Source of the DNA: Ignavibacteriota bacterium
Lineage (GTDB): Bacteria; Bacteroidota; Ignavibacteria; UBA10030
Assembly: GCA_963790045.1 (NCBI GenBank)
Contig: CAWBMS010000007.1
Span: 591,545 to 655,544, forward strand
Length of the DNA stretch: 64,000 bases
Reading direction: 5' to 3'
The notes under the pieces were generated by a model. That model saw only the letters and a program-made list of their open reading frames with translations, ran no database searches and had not been told where the DNA came from. Positions 48,612 to 55,666 of this stretch are shown piece after piece (the stretch's first letter is position 1; every line of letters begins with the position of its first letter). Made by a program: the position numbers and the translations under genes.

Positions 48612-49817
48612 TTAAAAATCCAGATGAACGCCGCGCTTGATAACCTTCCACACTAAGTTTGCTGCAAAATGATTCACAAGGTATTGGTAATTCGGAATTT
48701 GGTACAACCCAATATCCGCTTGCTTGCCGATTTCAATGCTGCCGATGGAATCGGAAAGATGTAACGCCGCCGCGCCGTTGAGCGTTGCCGCCGTAATCGC
48801 TTCTTCCGGCGTCATCGAACATTGCGTGCAAGCAATCGTCATCATCATCGGCATGGAAAACGACGGACACGAAATGGGATTGAAGTCCGATGCAAGTGTC
48901 AGCGGCACGCCTGCATTGATAATGGTTCGCGCCTGCGCATATTGTTGATGCATGAAAAATGAAGAACCGGGAAGGATTGCCGCAATGATGCCGGATTGTT
49001 TCAATGCTTGAATTTCTGCATCATCGATGTGTTCCAGATGATCGGCGGAAATTGCGTGAAGTTCTGCAGCGAGTTTCGATGCGCCGATATGCGAGAATCG
49101 ATCTGCATGAATTTTGGATGGAATGCCCAGTGCCTGTGCCGCCAGTAATAAATTTTTTGATTGTTCAACGGAGAAATATTCTTGTTCGCAATTCACATCG
49201 CAGAATGCCGCAATCTTCCGCTGAGCAAGATAGGGAAGCAATCGTGTGCAAAGAAATTCGATGTATGCATCTGATTGATCGATGTATTCCGGCGGAACAG
49301 CTTGCGCTCCGTAAAATGTCGGAACGATGTCGATAAAGTGCTCGTTCTTTAGTTCATTGATGGTATCCATCAACTTTACTTCGTCTTGTTCATTCAAGCC
49401 GTAGCCGGATTTGATTTCGACGGTCGTTGTGCCTGCACGCAGCATTGCATCGAGAAAATGCCGCGCGGATTTTTTCAGATCTTTCTTTGCCGCTTCCCGT
49501 GTTGCCGTTACCGTGTTCATCAAGGTGTTATCTGTTAATGCTTTCCCTTGTTCAAGTTCTGCAAACACGGCGTGTGTGTGCGAATCCACAAAGCCGGGCA
49601 GGGCAACTGCATCTTCCGCATCGATCACATCAAGATCGGGCGAAACTGATTGTGTAAATTCTTCGCTCTTGCCGATCCATGAGAACTTCCCGTGTTCGAT
49701 AAGCACTGTTGCATGTTCGATGATGCCGAGGTCGTTCATCTCTTTTCCGGCTTTGATTTTACTGCCATGAGATGAAACGGTGACTAATTGTTTAATATTT
49801 TTAATAAGAAGATTCAT
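48612..49817 (-). CDS. hutI: imidazolonepropionase-like amidohydrolase
   Basis: LPGFVDSHTHAVFA metal-binding motif, TTVEIKSGYGL and LASDFNP. The region after HTHAVFA is about 12 aa shorter than the HutI sequences I recall. Adjacent to ftcD. Confidence 0.7.
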   Translation of the reverse strand: MNLLIKNIKQLVTVSSHGSKIKAGKEMNDLGIIEHATVLIEHGKFSWIGKSEEFTQSVSPDLDVIDAEDAVALPGFVDSHTHAVFAELEQGKALTDNTLMNTVTATREAAKKDLKKSARHFLDAMLRAGTTTVEIKSGYGLNEQDEVKLMDTINELKNEHFIDIVPTFYGAQAVPPEYIDQSDAYIEFLCTRLLPYLAQRKIAAFCDVNCEQEYFSVEQSKNLLLAAQALGIPSKIHADRFSHIGASKLAAELHAISADHLEHIDDAEIQALKQSGIIAAILPGSSFFMHQQYAQARTIINAGVPLTLASDFNPISCPSFSMPMMMTIACTQCSMTPEEAITAATLNGAAALHLSDSIGSIEIGKQADIGLYQIPNYQYLVNHFAANLVWKVIKRGVHLDF

Positions 49818-49898
49818 ATTCGTCGTTTTATGTATGTTTCCGTGGAGAAAATAACGAAGAATTGCTCAGGGATGCAAGGAAAGAAATGGTAAAATATT

Positions 49899-49957
49899 GG
49901 TATGACACACATTCTTGTGTGTCATAAAAAAGGACAGGCACGAATGCCTGTCCTACC
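49899..49957. repeat. REP/REPIN-like hairpin doublet (GGACA class)
   Basis: GGTATGACACACATTCTTGTGTGTCAT (49899-49925) and inverted AGGACAGGCACGAATGCCTGTCCTACC (49931-49957). Intergenic. Confidence 0.75.
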
Positions 49958-49976
49958 GATGAAATGAGAATAAAAT

Positions 49977-50171
49977 TTAATGCTCGTGCGGTTTTATCTT
50001 GATCGATTCCAATCCGGGCAATTTATCCGCCAACTTTTGCGGCGAATGAATCATCACCGGCAGGCATTGGGAGCAAATGCGCAGGTTCTTGGATTGATAG
50101 GAAAAGTGAATGAGCGGCGCTTGATCATCCGAAACGCCGCATGCAATGCAATGTTCGTGTTGTTGTTCCAT
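49977..50171 (-). CDS. small four-Cys zinc-ribbon protein (ClpX C4 zinc-finger-like pattern)
   Basis: 64 aa. HCIACG-x22-ICSQC follows the C-x2-C-G...I-C-x2-C pattern. No further family assignment. Confidence 0.4.
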   Translation of the reverse strand: MEQQHEHCIACGVSDDQAPLIHFSYQSKNLRICSQCLPVMIHSPQKLADKLPGLESIKIKPHEH

Positions 50172-50183
50172 AGGTTCCTTTTG

Positions 50184-51626
50184 TTATTTCAACACGGAGT
50201 ATTGCTGCACCAGTTCCCATACGCGCTGAATTTGTTTCTCCGATGTTGCCACGTTGCCGATGGCAAGACGGATCACAAACTTGCCGTTCAGTTTTGTTCC
50301 CGCCAAAAATGCTTCGCCGGTGGCGTTAATGGAATTGATAATATTCGTGTTGAGCTGTTCCAACAAGCTTTCGTCGGATATATGTTTTGGATGGAAACGG
50401 AAACACACCACGCTGAAGTTCACCGGCGCGATGCGTTCGTAATTGCCGTCGGCTTCGAGCCACGATGTAAACGCTTTTGCTAATCGACATTGTTCACGCT
50501 GCTTTGCAGCGATGCCATCCACACCGTAGAAACGAATGATGAACCACAATTTCAGCGCGCGGAATCTTCTGCCGACTGCACGCCCAGTCCATGTAATTGG
50601 TTGCATCGCCGTCGGAAGTTTTTAAATATTCCGGCACGAGCGAGAACGCACGCTTCAGCGTATCCACGTGGCGTGTGAAGAGCACGCTGCAATCCATTGG
50701 TGTGAATAATGATTTATGCGGATTGACGACCATCGATCGGCAAACTCGCATCCGTTGATGATGTGTTTCATCTCCGGCATCGTCGCCCAGCTTCCACCGT
50801 ACGCGCCGTCCACGTGCAGCCAGATGTTTTCGCGTGTGCAGATGGCGGCAATTTCCGGTACAGGATCGATACTTGTTGTTGCAGTCGTCCCAATCGTTGC
50901 CATCACGGCGAACGGCAGGTATCCGTTTTTCTTATCTTCTGCAATCGCTTGTTCTAATTTTTGTACATCCATTCTAAAAATATTATCGGAGGGAATTTTG
51001 ACAACATTAATTCGTCCGATACCGAGCACGAGACCAGCTTTTTCTCCCGATGAATGCGTCTGGTTGGAAATATACAAACGCAGTTTCGGCAAATCGTTTC
51101 GTCCTGCAAGCCCTTCTTCGCGGATGTGTTTCTGCGTTGCCTCGCGTGCCGCCGCAAGTGCAACGAGCGTCGAGACGGAAGCGCTGTCCGTAATGACACC
51201 ACGAAATTGTTCCGGCAGCCCGATCATTTGGCGCAGCCATGTGAGCACCACTTCTTCCAATTCCGTTGCTGAAGGCGACGTGCGCCAGAGCATGCCGTTG
51301 ACGTTCAGCGCGGTGCAAAGCATCTCGCCCAAAATTCCCGGTGCAGATGCGGAGTTGGCAAAGTACGCAAAGAACGACGGATGGTTCCAGTGCGTAATGC
51401 CCGGCATGATAATGCGATGAAAGTCCGCAAGGATCGTGTCCATTCCTTCCGGTGCGGCGGGCGGCGCGGCGGGAAGCTGCTGTTTAATATCGCCGGGTTT
51501 CACCTGCGCGAGCACGGGATATTCTTCCGGATGTTTTAAATAATCGGCAATCAGATCCACGACTTCTTTGCCGTAGGTGCGGAAGGATTCGGGATCGACG
51601 TGAGGTAATGGCGTTTGTGTATTCAT
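50184..51626 (-). pseudogene. group II PLP-dependent (aromatic-L-amino-acid/His-type) decarboxylase, broken into three frames
   Basis: Fragment 50655..51626 (...HWNHPSFFAYF...LHVDGAYGGS...EFAD). Fragment 50494..50751 (SMVVNPHKSLFTPMDCSVLF...NYMDW). Fragment 50184..50606 (GRRFRALKLWFIIRFYG...). Together they reconstruct one ~480-aa enzyme. Confidence 0.85.
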
Positions 51627-51761
51627 AAATTTTTAAGAAATGTCCGTGTGCATAAAAATATTCTCGCTGCGAGGCAGCGAACCGAATATAAATAACGAAG
51701 AATATTTTGCGGATGCAAGATACCGGAGGCGCAGAGTGAGTGCGCGGTTTCCTGGAACGAG

Positions 51762-52097
51762 ATGCCGGAACTTTTGTGTGATGGAACGGCGATGATGAAC
51801 GACATGCCGGAAGAATTTTATAACCGAGCGATGCTTCTCTATAATAGAATGGCAGATGCGAACGGTTTGCCAAAAACAATGTGCAGCATGCCCAACGTTG
51901 CGTACAACATGCCGGGGCTTTGCAGCGACATGCCCAAAGCGTCGAATGACTTGCCGAAGGTTTGGTATGATATACCCAAGCCGCTGAATGGCATGCCGAA
52001 GCTTCTGAATGGCTTGCCCAAGGTTTGAATGGCATGTCGAAGCTTATGAATGATTTACCCAAGGTTTGGAATGACTCACCCAAGCCGATTTATGCCT
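51762..52097 (+). pseudogene. ORF composed entirely of 16 tandem heptad repeats ([MLI]-P-K-x-x-[NY]-[DNG]), interrupted by one 1-nt-short unit; alternatively a non-coding 21-bp phased array
   Basis: ATG 51762. Strict 21-nt periodicity of the ATGCCNAA core through 52077, except one 20-nt unit (52007-52026) that creates TGA 52026-52028. Restoring 1 nt extends the frame to TAA 52095-52097. Pro/Lys/Leu codons vary synonymously. Confidence 0.45.
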
Positions 52098-52137
52098 AAA
52101 ACGAGCTAAATTGCCGTTTTTTTGCTTTTACACTTAT

Positions 52138-52288
52138 GGTAGTCGAAAGCTTTAGCTTCCGTATTTGTGGCAGGCACGAAACCTATCCCGAAGGTATGGA
52201 GACTGTTTAAAAAATCAAATAACAGCGGTAGCCGAGGACTTTAGTCCTCGCATTATTCTGGAAACGAAACCTAAAGGTTTCGGCTACC
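52138..52288. repeat. cluster of REP-like GGTAG-headed hairpins (CGA class)
   Basis: GGTAGTCGAAAGCTTTAGCTTCCG (52138-52161). GGTAGCCGAGGACTTTAGTCCTCGC (52227-52251). Inverted CGAAACCTAAAGGTTTCGGCTACC (52265-52288). Confidence 0.7.
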
Positions 52289-52869
52289 ATACCTTTTAGA
52301 GAGAAAAATCATAAAAACAATTTGCTTTTAATTCGTAGAATTACAACATTATACCCAGAATTCTAAATCAAACAGGTTACAACTTAAATAGTGCGGGAAG
52401 TGTGTGATGGTGAAAGAATTTTTTTTATTGTGTGATTTTTAATGGGCGAATGTGTGATTGGTGGTCGTTCATGGTTATTGGTGAATGGGATACTAAGTAT
52501 GATTATTCTTTTCTCTTGAAAGAAAAGAACCAATCACGAAGTGATACCATTGGCAAAGATCAAGACTGATGAAAAATATTGTAAAATCATCGAATGTGTC
52601 TCTTGCAAAAAATAAACTTGGTCGCCTTTGGCGACCTCAAACAGTATTTTTTGCAGGTATGCCCCGACACATTCTCGATTTTGTACCAATATTTTTCAAA
52701 GGTCGAAAAAAATAATATGAGAAGTTCATTTTATTGTAGCGTCTTTGCGAGGCGCGAAGTTCCGCAGGGACGAGCAACGAAGCAATCTGATATATGGCGG
52801 AAGAAATATTTGATTAGATGAATTTGTGATGGTAGAATGGGTGATTGAAGATTCGGAATGGCGATGAAA

Positions 52870-52964
52870 GAATGGAAGAAAAATATTTTACGCGAGATAT
52901 GTGAACCGAAGCGGAACTTCCGAAACGACGTTACCAAGCAGAGCTTGGTAACGAGAGTAAAAAA
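52870..52964 (+). repeat. conserved ~95-nt 5' leader module, copy 1
   Basis: About 80% identical by eye to 55137-55230. Contains hairpin TTACCAAGC-aga-GCTTGGTAA (52931-52951), then CGAGAGTAAAAAAA and ATG 52965. Confidence 0.65.
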
Positions 52965-53654
52965 ATGGTAAAAGTAATTATCACAATAACCATACTATCT
53001 TTTACAGTATCTTGTTTGCCTATATATGCGCGTGATAATGTTAAAGTGACTTCAGTAAGCGATTCAACAAATTCAATAGAATTATCTCCGTATAAGCTTA
53101 AAATTACTTTCCCGAAGCCAGAAGATAAATTACCAAGAATTGGTATCGCATATTTTGATGGCGTTGTTTCTTATTCGCTTGGTTGTTACAAAGGCAATGT
53201 TCTCAATGTCTCTATTACAACTCCTGCTGGAATCCAATCTTCATTGGATTCAGAGAATGTCCGTCAGTCAAGAGGGGAAGAAGGAAGCGGAGATGCTTTA
53301 CCTTTAGAAACGATGGAAGAGTATACCCATTACAAAACGATTTTTCAAAGTCATTTAATTCATGATAAATTTGATAATTACTCGATCGCAAATAATAGAT
53401 GTTACGGTATAAGAGCATTTACTACTGAATTGTCAGGATACGTTTCACAAGGATATACTTTTATCGATAGTTTACAAATAATTATTAGCGTCACAAACAA
53501 TATTGATAGTCTAGCAAAAGAAGTAGATTCATTTTTGTTCCATTTAGAATTATATCCCAAAAATGCCCGTGAGTTTTCGCGACAAATTATTCTCGATGTT
53601 TGTCGTGCAAAGTTACCTGAATATTTAAATAGAATAAAAATTGAAAGAGAATAA
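52965..53654 (+). CDS. hypothetical secreted protein
   Basis: 229 aa with N-terminal hydrophobic signal (MVKVIITITILSFTVSCLPIYA). No family recognised. Preceded by leader module copy 1. Confidence 0.5.
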   Translation: MVKVIITITILSFTVSCLPIYARDNVKVTSVSDSTNSIELSPYKLKITFPKPEDKLPRIGIAYFDGVVSYSLGCYKGNVLNVSITTPAGIQSSLDSENVRQSRGEEGSGDALPLETMEEYTHYKTIFQSHLIHDKFDNYSIANNRCYGIRAFTTELSGYVSQGYTFIDSLQIIISVTNNIDSLAKEVDSFLFHLELYPKNAREFSRQIILDVCRAKLPEYLNRIKIERE

Positions 53655-53775
53655 ACGTGTCCAATTATGAATGGTGACAACTGAAGCGCTGCTTTGAAAA
53701 GACGATGAAGGAATGGAAGAGAAAAATAGAAGACGGAGAATAAAATGCGAGCAATAATTATTTCAATTGTTATTA

Positions 53776-53852
53776 TCACCGCGTTGTGAAGGAATTACAC
53801 TCCTGAACAAAAGAGGTCGTGATAGATCTCACTCCCAGCTTGGAGCGAGAGG
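53776..53852. repeat. short intergenic element E, copy 1
   Basis: TCACCGCGTTGTGAAGGAATTA-CACTCCTGAACAAAAGAGGTCGTGA-tagat-CTCACTCCCAGCTTGGAGCGAGAGG. Shares both conserved blocks with 54471-54590. Confidence 0.6.
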
Positions 53853-53874
53853 AAAACAGAAGAAAGAAAATAAA

Positions 53875-54465
53875 ATGCGAGTAATAATCATTTCAATAGT
53901 TGTTATCATAGTTATTGTCGTTGGATGCCGAAAGGATGACATCCTTGTTAATCCACAATCAGAGTCCAATGGAATTATCCCGTTGGCTGTCGGCAATCAA
54001 TGGATTTATAGCTTAAACGCTTATGACACAACCGGAAATGTGGCTATATCAACGAGCACAACATATCAAGTTGTCAGCGATACAGTCCACAATGGAATAC
54101 GATGGTTCCATCTATCAAATTTTTATTGCACGAATCAAAATCTTGGGTTATTCAGTTCCGATGGATTGCTCGCATTAAAATATCCCGCAGCTGCCCGGGA
54201 TTCATTTTACGTTAATGCAACCGTAGGATATATTCATGTGCTATCGGTCGATACGACGATAACAATCCCGCTTGGCACATATCATTGTTATGCATATACA
54301 AACAATCAATCGATATCTCCCGGGATGATAGAAAGTTCACGCGAGATTGTGTATGTATCACCCAAAGTCGGCATGATAAAAGGCGAGATTTATGTGTTAC
54401 CATACGCAAGCAAGAAACAATATTTATATGCAACCGCGGATTTGTACTCATTCGCAATATATTAA
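53875..54465 (+). CDS. hypothetical lipoprotein
   Basis: MRVIIISIVVIIVIVVGC lipobox-type signal. 196 aa. The track ORF 53767..54465 extends upstream through element E, which is unlikely to be translated. Confidence 0.55.
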   Translation: MRVIIISIVVIIVIVVGCRKDDILVNPQSESNGIIPLAVGNQWIYSLNAYDTTGNVAISTSTTYQVVSDTVHNGIRWFHLSNFYCTNQNLGLFSSDGLLALKYPAAARDSFYVNATVGYIHVLSVDTTITIPLGTYHCYAYTNNQSISPGMIESSREIVYVSPKVGMIKGEIYVLPYASKKQYLYATADLYSFAIY

Positions 54466-54470
54466 GATTT

Positions 54471-54590
54471 TCACCCGCGTTGAGAAGGAGTTCTGCCAAA
54501 GGCGAATAAATGCACTCCTGAACAACAGAGGTCGTGAGTCCCGCCAAAACGAATGCGGGCAAGCCCACTCACTCCCAGCTTGGAGAACGG
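54471..54590. repeat. short intergenic element E, copy 2 (with internal insertions)
   Basis: TCACCCGCGTTGAGAAGGAGTT...CACTCCTGAACAACAGAGGTCGTGA-[30-nt insert with CCCGC-N10-GCGGG hairpin]-CTCACTCCCAGCTTGGAGAACGG. Confidence 0.6.
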
Positions 54591-54592
54591 CG

Positions 54593-55117
54593 ATGAAGGA
54601 ATGGAAAAGAAAAATGAAGTGGAATGGAAAAATAAAAAGGATCGCTTGCGTATTAGCGCTGGCCAGCGCAATCGCCTTCATCATTATTGCTGTTGCCGGT
54701 TGTGAAAAACTTGTATCAGTCGGAGACCCGAAGCTGGAAGCAGATTTTTATACTTCCGATACAACGGGAAAAAGAATGTCGACATTTAGTACTGGTGAAC
54801 CTTTGGTTATCAATTTTATTCTGATTAATAGATCTTCCCAAACGATACAATATTACACCGGCGATAACATCCAGCCGCAGGTGGTGTTCAGCATTTCGAA
54901 CAATGATACGACCCTGTACGAACCATACGGCGGTTCGCATCTTATTGTGACGCGATCCCTGCCGCCGAACGATACGCTGACAGGAACATGGAAGGTGAAT
55001 ACATCCTTAAAGCCGGGATCGTACACGGCTAATGTCTTCATTCCTAATTTCCAAAACGTTCAGGATGTTTACCCCGTTAACGCGATAACCTTTTCTGTTG
55101 CAGCACAGAGAAAATAA
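54593..55117 (+). CDS. hypothetical lipoprotein (beta-sandwich-like)
   Basis: MKEWKRKMKWNGKIKRIACVLALASAIAFIIIAVAGC lipobox. About 174 aa. The mature part loosely resembles BsuPI-type inhibitor domains (weak, from memory). Confidence 0.5.
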   Translation: MKEWKRKMKWNGKIKRIACVLALASAIAFIIIAVAGCEKLVSVGDPKLEADFYTSDTTGKRMSTFSTGEPLVINFILINRSSQTIQYYTGDNIQPQVVFSISNNDTTLYEPYGGSHLIVTRSLPPNDTLTGTWKVNTSLKPGSYTANVFIPNFQNVQDVYPVNAITFSVAAQRK

Positions 55118-55136
55118 GAGAAGAATTTATGAAAAC

Positions 55137-55230
55137 GAATGGAGAGAAAAATATTTTGTGTGCAAAGTATAAACGGAAGCGGAGCTTCCGAAAAGACTAC
55201 TAAGTAGAACTTGGTAGCGAGAGTAAAAAA
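55137..55230 (+). repeat. conserved ~95-nt 5' leader module, copy 2
   Basis: Homologous to 52870-52964. Hairpins CGGAAGC-gga-GCTTCCG and CTACTAAGT-aga-ACTTGGTAG (55197-55217), the latter with compensatory changes relative to copy 1. Confidence 0.65.
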
Positions 55231-55251
55231 GAAAAGGATATATAAAACAGT

Positions 55252-55440
55252 ATGTCCGATAAAAAACGAAACATAGCGATCGAGTATTTGCATTTAGTTC
55301 CGGCAGGGAATCCGGCAGCGCCGACGGAGAGGGGATATGCCGCATGTCCATGTCCCAAAGAATGCACGCTGCATGGCGAATGCAATTTATGCACGGCGTA
55401 CCATGCAAGGAAAAATCAATTGCCGCGATGCGAGAGGTGA
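55252..55440 (+). CDS. small Cys-rich protein, DUF6485-like, copy 1
   Basis: 62 aa. ACPCPKECTLHGECNLCTAYHARKNQLPRC matches the C-x-C...C-x2-HG-x-C-x2-C-x2-YH...LP-x-C pattern I recall for DUF6485. Paralog at 57886..58074. Confidence 0.6.
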   Translation: MSDKKRNIAIEYLHLVPAGNPAAPTERGYAACPCPKECTLHGECNLCTAYHARKNQLPRCER

Positions 55441-55500
55441 GGAAGGATAGATGTGAAAAGGTAAACGGTAAAGGATATGGAAGAAGATTAGGCAATTATA

Positions 55501-55547
55501 TGTGACCGTCACCAGCAAAAGTTTAAACCGAGTTGGTGACGGTCACA
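55501..55547. promoter_or_regulatory. pair of 14-nt inverted repeats, each containing the palindrome GTGAC-N-GTCAC
   Basis: TGTGACCGTCACCA (55501-55514) and TGGTGACGGTCACA (55534-55547). Forms either a 14-bp stem with 19-nt loop or twin operator-like palindromes 33 nt apart centre to centre. Confidence 0.4.
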
Positions 55548-55666
55548 AGCAAGCTTGGTAACAAAAGAAAATGGAAGAATATTTTATAACGAGTTCGATT
55601 GAATGAAGATGAAACTATGCTGTACCAATAATCAACATTAATCGCTAACCCAATACTGGAGGATAT

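Noticed and set aside
51484-52083. A 199-aa minus-strand ORF and a 60-aa minus-strand ORF (51839..52021, heptads GKPFRSF GMPFSGL...) run through the 21-nt repeat array.
   Set aside because: The long ORF overlaps the decarboxylase N-terminus out of frame. The 60-aa ORF covers only part of the array. In these frames the variable repeat positions cause amino-acid changes, whereas they are synonymous in the + frame. The array keeps several frames open simply because its period is a multiple of 3.
51762-52097. CRISPR array hypothesis for the 21-nt tandem units. The (TATTC)8 tract at 32047 was also considered.
   Set aside because: The units are contiguous and degenerate with no unique spacers. The unit length is far below CRISPR repeat plus spacer size. 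No cas genes are in the window.
52870-55567. Integron-like cassette array, with the hairpins upstream of the small genes acting as attC sites.
   Set aside because: The hairpin arms (TTACCAAGC/GCTTGGTAA) do not contain the RYYYAAC / GTTRRRY core sites. There is no extrahelical-base architecture and no integrase or other recombinase nearby.
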